DNA of 63,442 nucleotides, filler included, from Choristocarpus tenellus KU-1152 (lineage: Eukaryota > Protista > Phaeophyceae), in assembly GCA_964200185.2 (NCBI GenBank). It is 3 parts of 3 records of this genome, joined end to end, with 100 filler letters (N's around TTAATTAATTAA, not from the genome) between each part and the next. Parts side by side here need not be neighbours in the genome. Positions count along the whole stretch, not along the records: positions 40,194 to 63,442 come from CAXNAD020000258.1; 2 more parts are not named here. One strand, written 5' to 3'. The translations under genes were made by a program, and so were the position numbers. Positions 48,401-61,500 of this stretch are shown here, in pieces; the first letter of the stretch is position 1; each line of letters opens with the position of its first letter. The notes below the pieces were generated by a model, which did not search any database, was not told the DNA's origin, and saw only the letters and a list, made by a program, of their open reading frames with translations.

Positions 48401-50485
48401 GCCTTTCCCATTGGCCCAAAGTCCCTCCCAGTGAACACTACAATAATAACAAACAGGAGGTAGAATAAGGGGAAGAAACGGTAGGGCAGGGAGGAGAGCA
48501 CCACAAGAAAGCCATCAAGGGATGACGACAGGCCCAGGGTGCCCAGCACAGCCTTGGTGTAGCCAATCTGCAGCCCAACCCAAGAAGATATGGGGGAGAG
48601 TGAAGCCAGGGCGACCCCAATGCTATGGACGAGCCAGGCGAACTTTGGCTGACTGACCTGTGGATGAAGGAGGTAAGCGAGGAAGAAACTGTATAGTAAC
48701 CTCTCTTGACTTCATGCTCGGAGTTGGCAAGGCACAGGACACAATCAACTTAAGAATACATGAAGTTCACCAATAAAAAGAGTGCTGTACAATACAATTA
48801 AGAATATATCAAATATTATGAGTCCCTTAATGTTCAAGCTCCACCAAAGCAACCAACCTCACCCTTGCCCTGATCTGGTATCACCTGCACCATCCCCACA
48901 ACATCCCTCAGGCTGTTCCCCACAATGAGAATACTTGAATAGTCATCGAAGAAGATGAGGCAGCCCAGTGCTACAGTGCACAGCTGGCCCTTTATCCTAG
49001 AACCTGAAAGGGTATGTTCAACATTACACGAACAGCTCTTGATCTTAGAGGAGATGAACTGCCCGAGTCAGTGGTACATACTTGGTAGAGCGGTGTAAAT
49101 GAGATTGAATCAACAAAGGATTAGCAATATACTATGCAGTATCCTGCGCAAGGTTGTTTGGGAAGGGTGACTGTGACAGGATACTTTATGAGTGTTGGGG
49201 TCATAGAAACACACCCATGTAGTGCTTGAGCTTGTTGGCAAGGCCCTGGGCACCACCACTCCTCTGCACAAGCCCAATTGTGCCTCCCAGCAAGAAGGTG
49301 AAGAGAAGCACCTCAGCATTGCCCTCCTCTGTGAAGGCACCAACGAAATAAGTGTCAAACGTCCGTAGAAATGCTTGCAAGGGGTTGAAATCTGAGACCA
49401 GCAATGCCCCTGTCCAGACCCCAACAAGCAGTGCCACAATAACCTTATTTTTGAGGGGGTGAGAGTGTGCGTGTGCATGTGCGTGTTTAACTGTTTGTAT
49501 ACTTCTGAGTATTTAACTATGAGCAACTTCTATTAGAAAAGGAAAATTCTATTGGGTCAATCTGTCGAAGGGAATCCACCAGTAGACTGCCACCTCTCCA
49601 ATGAGCAATTTCTTTTGTCGTGAAAATAGGGACTACCCATGGTTTGCACTCAGTATAAAGCTTTCGCACCCAAGGGAACGGATGTGGAATTTACTTGAAT
49701 AAAATCAACTCAATACCTGCATATCAAGTGAGCATCTGACCCGCAACATCTGACCTAAAACTCACCTGCTGATAGAGAATGGAAATCACCAATGTGATCA
49801 AAGGTGGAAGGAGGCTTACCCACCCTGGGACACAGATCACCACAACCTCCTCGCTATACTTGGCACCGGCATGAAGCCTGAGTGTAAAACTTCCTGCTTC
49901 TCTTTTGAGTGCGTGCGAGGGCATGGCATGGCATCGCCGAGCCGAGGAGGGAATCGGGTTTAGCGCTCAAATGGGAGAAGAAGGTCCACGAATGTAGGCT
50001 AACTACATTCTGCCAATTTCACTATTGGTGACACCGTTTTCTACCCAGAGGGTACCGGAGAAGATTTTCTACCCGCAGCATCTGAAAATTGGATAGAGCC
50101 TTACCAGAGTCGCGGTATGTCATGAGCAAAGGAGTCGAACCCCAAACACTAAACACCCATGATTGCCTTTAACGTTAACCTACCTCAAGACCAGGTCATC
50201 CACCTCATGCTGCAGCGTAATGCTCCCACCAGCGGATACAGCAACCTTTTTGGTAGATAGTATTTCCACACCTCCGGCCTTATCTACAATGGAAACCCCA
50301 ATCGGGACACCATTCTTGACCAGGGCCAATGAAGGGTCTAGGTGCAGAGTGACCGCGAATGGATCACCCACATGGACAACAACAGGGACTTCAACACGGA
50401 TGCCAGTGAAATCTATCCCTTCACAAGCCCAAGTCTGTAGAAGGAGGAGAACAGGTGCCAGAAAAGCAACCACACGAGGAAACAT
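45442..50485 (-). CDS. NhaC-family (IT superfamily) Na+/H+ antiporter-like transporter with signal peptide and N-terminal beta-rich domain, ~667 aa
   Basis: Exons 50485-50184, 49901-49766, 49443-49215, 49003-48885, 48657-48163, 47553-47395 (GC donor), 46805-46668, 46111-45901, 45656-45442. Motifs GWVSLLPPL, RSGGAQG, LIFFDDY, PISSW, LPYRFFP, LAWALG, GSTFGTMGI, GAIFGNVCSPISDTTIL. Confidence 0.9.
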
Positions 50486-50681
50486 GTTGTTACGTTTTTA
50501 CATGAAGTAGTAAGGATTTGGGGGGGGACACAGGAGTGTATAATACATCGGAGGGATGCTTCAGCCATATGTACTCAAAATACACACTATTTAAATACCT
50601 ACACTACTATTAGTTGTGTTGTTGTTGTCCTTCTAAACCTGGTCTATCTACAAGGCAAGGTTTGACACAGACAGAAAGGAA

Positions 50682-53600
50682 ATGAGGGCAGCTACCCTGT
50701 TGAGATTCAACTACCCTTACTACCGAGCAAGAAGGTCTGGCAGTAGGGCTATTGTTGGGTTGGTGGATCGGTTGGAAAATGCTCATGAAGTCTCCACCGC
50801 AAGATGGTTGCATAGTGGTCTCTCTACTAGAATGTATGGTGGCGAGGACGCGAAAGAGTCCAAATTCGCCTCTGACATCTTGCGACGATATATCAGAGAG
50901 TCCTCTGTCAAAGTTCATGTCGGAGAGCAAGATGAAAGGAGCTTGGACCTGGAGGTCATCCACAAGGATTTACGATCGGGTCTCGAAGAAAGTGTTTCTA
51001 ACGCCCACCTGTCATGGATGATGAGGAGTTTAATTAAACTGGGGGGGATGCCTCCATACGATGTGGTAGTGCAAATTGCCGAGCGTTTCGGCCGCACTAG
51101 GGATGTTGCCAACTCTCAGGTAGGCATGCCAAATCTTGCGATTTCTCAATCTACGTACGGAAGCACTGGTCAATTGTTTGAACTATCCTCCGCTTGAGTG
51201 AGTTCGATCGTAAAGGTGTATGTGCGTGATGATTATAGAGTTTATACAGTCACAATACATCTGTCTGGATGTCCCTGTGAGGTCTCGCTCTCAACTAGAG
51301 ACGAAGTCCTCACTAACAGTGGCCTTTCCATATCTCTAGAATTGCACTAGAAACTGTACCGAAGCAAGGTCTGTCCCTACAACACTGTGCGAGAATACCG
51401 TTCAAACCCCCCCCGGATAATCCTATTGCTGACTATGCGTAAACATTGTTCTTCGATGGCATCTGAAGGAAATCCTCGAGCTACTCCTAAACGTTTCTTC
51501 CAAAAAGAAGGATGAGGACAAGTTGGAGGGGACCAGTGGAAAGCCTCAGCCTTGGACGGGCAACAACAAACTGGATGAGTTTGGTGATCCTTGCGTAGCC
51601 ATGTATCACGGGCTGATAATAGCCTACTGCCGGAGAAGAAATGTACTTAGTGCCCTTGCCACATTGTTGGAGATGGAAAAGGGAGGCTATCCGACAAGCG
51701 CTGACGACTTTGGATTCTTGCTGGACTCTGTTGCACATTATTCGCTGACACAGGAAGCTGCGGCAGAAAAAATATGGGCTGAAATGGAGGTGGGAAGTCC
51801 TCCTTGCACCCTCTCAAGTTCACGCATCCCCCTATTGACTCACTCAGTAACGGTCACAGGTGCCAATTTTCCTTCTACCTGTATAACATACACACGCATT
51901 GCATCTTGCACAGTACGTATGATATTTGTGTAAGAACCTTGCTTCAAGAGGGAAGTAACTCTGTTAGTGTCCACCCCCTCCTGAACTTACTCTCTCCTTT
52001 CAATTCACTAGCCCCATTCAAGGTTCAACAAGACTTCACTGGAACTTGCTATGTGGAAACAAATATACCTGTTCATGTGAAAACATGGAAATGCTTGACC
52101 TTATCCAATTTCCTTTCAGTATGCCATCAGATGTGCCAAGGATTGTGTAGTTGAACAGTTGTTGTGAGGAACCAGATGGTAGATTTGCATTATGTGCAAC
52201 ACCTAGTTACCTGTGTAGCCTAATCTGAGGGTATTGAACCAAGGTTGATTTTCTGGTTGAGCATGTTAGTCGAGCTGTCTAAGGCTGGGATTGAGATAGA
52301 AATTGACCCTGGTTGGAGTTGATTGCTAGCAAGAAATACTTGGATCGTCTCTTATGAGAGCAAGGCTTGCAAACACTTCCCCTTTGTCAAGTTGGATCTT
52401 TGCCCTCACCCATAACCTCACAGGATAGGCATGAAAATCTATGTAGGAATTCCTGAGCGCCAAGATCAAGTTTCCGGTCCTTCAGCTGCATCCGAAATTT
52501 TGTACAGTTGTTCAACTCACCAATTCTTAATTGTTGCCCCAAACCCCACCAGAAACGAGGAATGCTATCAGGGTCTGGTGTGAAGGAGTGGGTTTTTATT
52601 GCCAAGATGAAGGTCTATGGCCTTAATGCCTCCCATGTAAGCTGCATGGCAAGGGGTAGCATGGTTCTGAGAGAAGACCTTACTTCTATTTGCCACCTAT
52701 GAAATGTTACGCTTGACCCTTTATTCCTTTACTTTCTACTTCAGCAGTGTGTTTGAGAGAGGACATGAACAATACTACAAATTGTCAATGACTCAACCAG
52801 TACAGTGAATCCTTCAGAGGCCGGTAACTCTCAAACTTGAAGAATTTAGCTTTAATGGCTAAAAAAAAATTCTAGAGAGCAGTTTATTGATCAAACTCTT
52901 CTTTTGAGTGCTATCAGTTCATATTGAAAAAATCCGGGAGATGTACTGTCTTGAGATATGGATTGTTTCTTCAATGCAATGGATCTCATGACATCACGTG
53001 TTAGTGCCACAGAATCCTTTCTTCACTTCATCTGTCTGTAATCCAGTATTTCTAGAACTTGTCGAGAACTCCAAATGTTGCACTGCATGACCCATGATTT
53101 AGTTGCCATTGGGTCGCGCGGTAATCAGGTATGTGCAGTTGCACCTGTCTGTTTGACTGTGCATTCATTTTCTTGAATGATCAAACCACTTGCTTCGAGG
53201 CTCATATCTTTCGATAGGGAGTTTGTTAAAAAAAAAAAATGGGTATCACCTCTGTCATGCCCTTGCTTCACCTCCTTTGCTTGTGTATGCCAATACCCCA
53301 TCTGAAACAAGAGTTGACATTATGGGACTTCATAGTTGAATGGATTAGTTTGCTAAATCCCAGCCCTGCATAGCGTAGGTAGGCATGTGCTCAAGTAATC
53401 AAAAACGCCTCTGTGTGGTTTCCGACAACTTCAACCATAAGACATTGAGAGATTTGCCTTCTAGGTGAGGGAATAACGTTGGCTAAATAGTCTTCCAAGT
53501 ATACATTACAACTTCAAAGTTACGCCTCATCATTTTTTTCGGGGGCACTAGCCTGGTTCAATTGTGGATGGGTGGTAGTATCATTGACTCTGTAAATGTG

Positions 53601-55875
53601 TGGAGTGTTGTTTGAAGCACTCTTGCAGTACTCTTGCATTCCCAATCCGACTGCGGTATGACATGAGTGTTGAGTACGCTTTGGAAGTACCCCTTGCTTG
53701 TTGTTCTGGTTGGGGTGGTACTTTATTAATCTAGTATGAAAAGGAAGTTCTAATAGGATAGTTGATGCTTTCTAAGCCTTCCAATCAGTTCAACAACAAC
53801 AACCAAACTTGTTCAGGTCTTTCACAATGAAATTCATCCCCTTGTGTAGGTGGGTTACTGCCTTGTAGAAGTCCCTCCTTCTCCCTCTGCACATATCCTT
53901 ACCCAACTTCAACCATCCATCCATCCATACTGCTTTTGCAGGACTATAGAGTTGCCAAAGCTACTCCTGAGACAGCCCCTTCTGGTGAAGTTACAGCAGA
54001 TAGGTTGGAGGCTGTATGGACAAACCTGCTTGACGTGATGGCGGCACAGGGAGGGGGCAGGCCTGGCATAGCATCGTGGCTTGGGCGTGCCAAGGCCTTT
54101 TCCTACTGTGATTCATTGTCAGGGACAGCTTTGGGCAGGTGTTGTATGTGTGCTTTTTCAAGGGGCTGAGGGAAGAGGAATGATAAGGACAAAAGGGAGG
54201 GTTGAGAATAGTTGAAGGATGGGGAGATTGTGGGGACAACTGAGCGGAAGGGATGCTCTTGTTGCTGGTAGGTTGAAGGGTGCGTGGAAGGTGCTACAGT
54301 GTTACAAGTTTACTCTGCGGTACGGTCCACTCTGTTTTAGTCTATCAGTCATTTCAAGAATATTTAAAATATACTGGTGCAAATTGCAAACGTGCGATTC
54401 TCAGCCTAGCTAGAATGTGCTTTTGCATCATTGAAGGGAGAGACTAGCAGGGGGACTATCGTACGCCTTTTTGGTGTTAAAAAATGTAGCAGTAGCCCAC
54501 AAAGACAACTCCTTTTTCTTGTGCGTTAGTTGTGCTTTCGATGTACTCCAACCTCTTCCTAGGTCCATGGTTGCCCTTCAAACAGCGGTGGACATGGTAT
54601 TGCATGGGGCACAGACAGAGGGTGCACTGGATTCTGAGCTGGCCAATACCATGGTTGCAGTGCTTCAAGCCATGGCACGTGCTGGACGTGATGCAGAGGT
54701 GAATTTTTCCATCCCATCTCTCAAACTTCGACCATAGATGTATGTCTCCAAAAAATCTAAATGCTTTCCGAACAGGGGCGCTCTCATGCAGGCAATTTTC
54801 GCAACCTGTAAAATGGTCAAGGCCCTCAATGCTGACATTTTTCTGTAGTACATCCTACACCGTGCATTAGCTCTTTAGCATTATCTATGCGGCTAATGCA
54901 AAGTTCCACTCCACTGACAGTGCAAGTATGTAGCAGGGTAGGGAGCAACGAGGATATTTTGGGGTGAACTGCTTTTTCCTTCCAACTGACTTAATGGCTT
55001 TCTATGCTGAGGAGCAAGGCACGGCCTGTCTCATGCGGTCTAATCAGTGTCTCCATAATGGTCTCATAGTGGTTGAGGATAAATAATCCTACATTCCTTT
55101 TCTCACTGAAGGTAATCGATTTTCCAGATGAGCTGGGTCCGCGTGCACACTTACACCTTGTGCTGGTTAGACCACGAGAAGAAATGCTTAAATTTTTTTC
55201 TGTGTTAAAAATTTGTCGCTTTGAAGCTATATTCTCAGTTGAGACCTTCAAATTTGATCCTCTTCTATCCTGTCCAATATCGTGTCTGCTAGTGGGGTGG
55301 GGCCATACCCATGGTCCTCAGTCAAACCAAAGATACCTACGCTATGTTGCCCAAGTTTACTTCACTCCATTTTACACCAACACACACTTACGCCCCTGCC
55401 TCATATATCCCCTTTCTTCCCTCAAAATCAACGAATCCACAGCACAGTGTACAACAACTCAACAACTCACCATGCTTTTTTTTCTCTACAACATGCACTA
55501 TATATTTATGTATGCAACAGCTAGTACCCGCTGTATTATACTATGAATATCGTAATATATAGTACTTCATAGTGTAGTGTCTGTAATGCGTGACATAATC
55601 TAATAGTATAGATAATGCATGCTCTCTTTTTGGGCAGGTCCCTTCACTCCTGGCAAATGTTCGTCAGGCAGTAAGTGCAGCAGAGACATCTGCAAGAACG
55701 GATGGGGAGGAAGGTTTGCTCTCCCACAATTACTGCCAATTCCTGCTCCGAGGCCTAGGAATGCGAGCTCTTGTTCCTCCTCTTCAGGAGAAGCGTGAGG
55801 ATTATGCTCATTCCATGCTCAAGATTCTGGAGGCTGTGGCAGAGGAAGGGGTCTGGGGGCTGAAGGCAGAGTCAG
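50682..55875 (+). CDS. PPR-like, probably mitochondrial protein; 3' end unresolved
   Basis: Exons 50682-51119, 51469-51789, 52553-52636, 53942-54138, 54563-54698, 55638-55875 are frame-consistent. Arg-rich N-terminus. PPR-like motif PCVAMYHGLIIAYCRRRNVLSALATLLEMEKGGYPTSADDFGFLLDS..AEKIWAEMEKRG. Tentative further exons 59246-59291 and 61097-61154. Confidence 0.7.
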
Positions 55876-56693
55876 GTAGGTGAACATGGGGTGAGAGTAG
55901 TGAGAGGGTGACCTTGGTGTGATATTGGGGCATTGTGAGGCCCTTGCATGCGGAGTCCCTGTGAGGATAATTATAATGTTAACTGTGGATATACTTCAAA
56001 ATGTATGCATTGTAGTGTTGTTAACTTCAGGGTGTTTCATCGAGCCGGCAAGTTAAAATAGTCTTGTCTACCGGCCAGACTGGTCCCACAATTTTCTGAC
56101 ATTTTCTGGTCCATGTCCAGAAGGTATTGAACCAGTCCATGTCTGCCAACTGGATTGGGTCTAACTTTCTCGGCCATGCCCATGCCCAGAACGTGTCCAC
56201 TGGGTACTGTACTGGTCCAAGTCTGCAGACTGGATCGCACCTTGCATTCTCTAAAATTTGTTGACCATGTCTATTGGGTATTACAGTAATCTGTGTCCAT
56301 CAGACGGACGGGTTTTAACATTATCTAACATGGTTGGACCATGTCCACTAAGTGTTGGTACTAAAGAGTCCAACTGTTGACTTCGTTTGGCCACTCCATG
56401 AAAAAAAGGAAAAATGTGTGCAATATGTCGAAGGTCATGTTGTACGTACCTGTACTTACACTCTTTCTAATCATCTCGGGACTTTGGGGGGGTTGAAACC
56501 ACGGAGAACATACCCATATGTCAGTGCAATGAAAACGTCAGGAGGCATGCTTATGTGGAACTGACTTAATATTTGCTATTTACGCAAGGTGTTTCGGTGA
56601 TTTTTGTTTATCTAAAATAGAAAATAGAATATAATGTATCAACATACATACTGAAAAATAAAGCAACCTACTATTGTACTTCAAAGTATGACA

Positions 56694-58526
56694 CTCCCTC
56701 TGTCCCAGAAATCTGCAACGTCGAGGGTGTAACTTCTCGAGATGGCCTCTGATGAAAATACAGTTTTTTACATTGGATTCCTTGGTGTTTTATACACGAA
56801 ATTCGTTCCCCATCGCTCTCCTCGTGCCCATCAATCCACAAATCTGCCACCGCATTGAAAACCCCTCTGTCGACTCTGACCGATTTTGGCAGGCTCCCCT
56901 CACACTACCTTTTCTTAGTTCCGGTGTGCTGTACGTCAAAACCGTTACCCCTGCCTTCTAAACCCGATTATACCGCTTCAAGAGGCTCTTCCACCCCCTC
57001 TCTAAAGTAGCCGCGTTGTACGCGCTGTACATTCTCTTTACCCCCTTCACAAGGTCGTCTATTGTACCGCAATGCTCCCTCCAAACTCTACCTTTTTAAG
57101 GATCCAAAGAACCCCAAATCTTCGATATTCAGATTAGGTGACTGCGCAGGCTGCGTTGCAAAATTTGACGTTCCCCCCCCTCTCCCTCCTGACTTTGTTG
57201 AGCTTCCGTGGCGCGTCTTTTCCCATACGGAGAGTTGCTCCGTCCTGCTGCACGACAACCTGTTCACCCTCCAACCGCGGTATTTTTTCCTTCAATGCGG
57301 AGAGATGTGTCTCTACATACCACTCCCGGTACCACTCGGTGTTGACGGTCACATCAAAGCCGTACCACTCCCCCCTCTCATGGTGGGTCGAATTTCTCTG
57401 TGCCTGTTAGATTATGCAAACATGCCAGATACAGATCTTGCCGTCAAAGTCATGGGAAGGATTTGGTCACGAAACGGCGCCGATGAAGATAAACCTTAGG
57501 AATGTGACTCTTGTACTGTACCTTGGTGGAGCCCACCTTTTCCTCCTCGGGGGACATGCAGACGCGCACCCCGTCGTGGATATGGTAAGACCATGTGCTT
57601 TGTCGATATGAATTGTGTTGAGGCCGCTTCTGCAATTGATGGGGTTTCCTTGCTGCTTGGTGAAGGATGAAATCTTACCCCGGTTCATTCGATGCGTCAG
57701 TGACAGGCTTGGGGTAATGCACCATTTAACCTTCATTGTGCCCATCACTTCGAAGCATCGCTAAAGCCTTGAGCTGCTGACTACGAGACTGACTTCGGTG
57801 AGCTTGACAGACAGCTGATTGAGGGTCAGGGTTTGATCCGCGGCGTCGACTTTTCAAATCTTCGCATGCTTTGTCGGTGTGACTAGTCCGATGGCCTGCT
57901 GATTGAGGGTCAGGGTTCGTGACGCTGATTTCAGCGAAAACATGTTGCCATTGTTCAATTGTTCTCATACACCTGCCCACAGTTGTCTCGGATATTGTTT
58001 GCCAACTCTGTCAACTCTCGTCCAATGCCTTTCAGAAGCCGTTTCTTACCAGGAGGTAGTGCTGAAGCGTATGTAGTGTATGGTCGGTGTGTTTCGCCCT
58101 TCCTCGCTCAGCTCACTATTTTATCCTGGGCTGATGGTCTCCCAGCAAAAGATGGCAGATTTGCTGGAGTGTCCTTGTTGACTACGGGACTCACATCACA
58201 GATGGCCTGGAGGCTAAGCAAGAGTCGTAGAGCTCTTGGTGAGGTGCTGAGATGTTGTGTGACGATGGGGGGGTATTGTACCTGCTGTTGGGTGCAGCGC
58301 AGTCATTGAAAATGGGATTGAAAAGGACCGTTTTTTCGGTTCCACTTTTCGGAGCCGATTTAGAACTATTTTGAAACAAAATACGAAAACAAAAAATCCC
58401 TTCAGAACAGTTACACCCAGAGCTTTACTTTGAGCCATGTATCACTGGGAAATTCTTTATACTCGTGAAGAAACAAACACAAAAAGTAGAAATTTGAAGC
58501 ACCACAGACTTGTGGGGCAGAGGGAG
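56694..58526 (-). mobile_element. Full-length but decayed Tc1/mariner (DD39D-like) transposon with Stowaway-like TIRs, in an intron or 3' region of the PPR-like gene
   Basis: TIRs CTCCCTCTGTCCCAGAAATCT (56694) and revcomp CTCCCTCTGCCCCACAAGTCT (ends 58526), flanked by CA and TA. Transposase pieces: ITPSLSLTHRMNR, TIHIDK, KSHIPKV.FIGAVS, FDGKICIW, VVVQQDGA, TQPAQSPNLNIEDLGFFGSLKS. Frameshifts and stops present. Confidence 0.88.
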
Positions 58527-61500
58527 TATATTTTGTATTTAAAGTAGTAGTATGGGATACAAGATTCAAGTAGAATGAATGGTGAATGGAGACCCGTATC
58601 CATGGTATGTCTGGCCAGATTGTTCACAAAATATTACCAACCCCTCCATATATGAAATGTTCTAACGTGACCAGACCACAGGCTGGACCGATGCCAAATG
58701 GCTGTGACAGTGGACATGCGAACAGTCCGGCCCAGTGAAACGTCCTGGTTAATATTATGTACAAATTTGTTACTTACACTTTGCTCAATACAAACCAAAG
58801 CAAACGACAGTATCAATTTCTGCTATTCCATTAAAAGCTGAAGGGCAGTATGTCAACAGTGGTACAGATAGTGTATGAATGAAGCAAGTGTGATAAAGGT
58901 ACACTTCAGAAGGAGCAAAGAAGGCCCAGAGTCATGGAATTAAACAAGAGTGACCTCTGCTTGTGATGGTACTGCAGTTGACGGGCCGTGCACAAAGTAG
59001 TTGCGCGAGAGAGAGCAGAACAACACCCACCACCAACTGAAGAAGCAACACAGTCCATGATCTGGTCAAGATTGGTCAAATCCTTTAGCAGAGCATCACC
59101 ATGGGAACATAGCAGTGTAGTCATCCCATTTTTCACCTGATACACAAAGCATTGATATGCAAAGTAAAGTAACCTTGTTCGATCACTGAGGGACAAGGCA
59201 TGGACATCATGAATATATCCTCACTCAGTGCAGGATCCTTCACAGGCATCTTGGGAGGAGGAGCAAATTCTGCGCCATGGGTGTGGTCAAGGTAACCTTA
59301 GTTGTATGAAATTGAGACTGGGGCTTCCTTGCCAATGCAGGTTGTTATGTAGGTGTCAGGCTTGCTGGTGCAGTAGCCGGAAGCCTCTTCTCTATCCCTG
59401 TAGCTTGAGAAATGTATTTGGAATGTCTGACGTCATTGTCACCGTTACACTCCACCGGGTAATGTCGGCAGTGTAGTGAGTAATATTGATGTGACTCAAG
59501 CATAAGCTTCTTCACATCTGCCCCGCCCGCTGGTTGGAGCTCGGTGGCCCCATAATTTTGTGCTTCACTCTCCATTTAGGTTGTTTCAAGGATTTAAGAT
59601 GAAGGTGTACAGTGTTCTCAAGTGCTTGTAAAACATGCTGTCTGCTTCAAGGGACAAAGACAATTCTGCTAAGGTAGTGGATGGTAATCTGTATTCAGCA
59701 AAAAATTCTCACATTCATACCCAGCAATCCATCAATGTGCTACATGCAGGTGGGGTGCAAGGTATTGTTATTGTAGATCGACTACACTGCCATACAGGTG
59801 TAGACGGATTCATTTCCAGCGATGCTACTATGTTACCAAAGGGCCTGATGAAATTATGGGAGACTATTAATACTGATGCTACCTACAACTAATCCTGATG
59901 TGTGACTTGCATAACTCCTCAGACTTACTACATACGAATTGTGTTCCTCTGCAAGAGTTCAAGTGAGCTTGAGTTCTGGGTGTGTCTATCTAATCATGCG
60001 TCACATTGTTGTAAGTAGTTGCGCGAAATCTTCCTTCAGGGGGACTGTCACCAGAGTAGCTAGCAAAAATGTTGTCATATTTCTTGTTTTGTTTTAGTTT
60101 GCATTTTCCTCTCCGGTCATCTGTCATTAGTCTTTTTGTTCTGGTTGCCTTGCCTTACACATACAAAGTGCATTATATGTGCATGGATATGCATATATAT
60201 CATCCAAACAAAACAATATTAATCATGAACCGCATTCAAGATGCCATTTTTCTCCCAAAGATGGATGTGACACATGTTTACCAAATCGGCATTAGAGATT
60301 GGGTTTGTCTTTTGTGCTATTCGAGCCTAATGCATAACACTCCAGACTTCAGCGCACTGAAATATTGTTAATGGGCAGAGTAGTAGGGCACTTACATTTA
60401 CTGCCAACGGTGTAAGTGACCTGTATATACCATGAGTGGTATCTTACATGTTTATAGCATGCCATACACTGGGCAAAAGTTTGTCTTGAATGGTGGGCCA
60501 AAGTTTTGTTGGAAATCTCTGTAGTGACTCCGTCAGGCAAAATGGTGAATTAATAAAAGAGTCCATCCGAACTTTTTAACTCTGGTATAACTAATGGACC
60601 ATTTTGTAAAGCTTTCTCCATTCAGAAATATACGGCAATAATAAATTAAGATTTTGTATATATCCTTAAGCCTGGATTTGGATCAACCTCGTTGAATTGC
60701 AGATACAACTTCTTAGTTTAGTACGATTTAGATGCAAAGAAAATGGCGGAGAATAATGGGAAAAAAAGATCTCCTGTGGATGTCATTGGGAGGTAATTTG
60801 AGGTTATCATTAGCCCAGACAAATGCGGAAGGATTCGTCCATGACCAGTTCCATATTTTCAGACATGTCTGCACCAGACTCTTAGAGATTGTACCCTGTC
60901 TGGGTCAGATTCCATTATTTTGGAGACAATATGGGCAACAGTGACAGTGTGGTACACTCATTAGGAAAATAAAATACATTGCTGAGGGATAAAGCTATAT
61001 CGATGACATGGGAATGAACATGTCATAGGATGTGGTTTTTTGCCCAAATTGTATCAACTACGGTAAGGAAGACCTCTTCATTTTGACCTGGTCTAGAGTT
61101 GTGCTTGATGGATTGCTGGCATCAACAAGTCCTACAGAGCGTACTCCTCATGAGGTATACCATGGTGACCACCCCCCACTCTGACTCGACCTGTGGGGGG
61201 TTATCATTTTTCTTTTGTACATATCATTGTTGTGAATTGTGTTATTCTGTGGCGGTGTGGTTCACTCAGGTAAGGGCGGTGAAGAGAATCACCGGGCAAG
61301 ACGAACAAAGATGAACCATAACTGAGGGTATGAGTTTAAGGTTGGACAAGTGCAAATTGAGGAGTGATGAGCATCTTCAAAGGTGGGGCTTCATCACCAC
61401 AAGTCAAGACGTGAAAACAAAGTGGATCTTTCATGTGTGACAACTCTGAATGATGAGCTGTCCCAAGTCTGTGGGATTGGTCTCGTGAAGAGATTCCATT

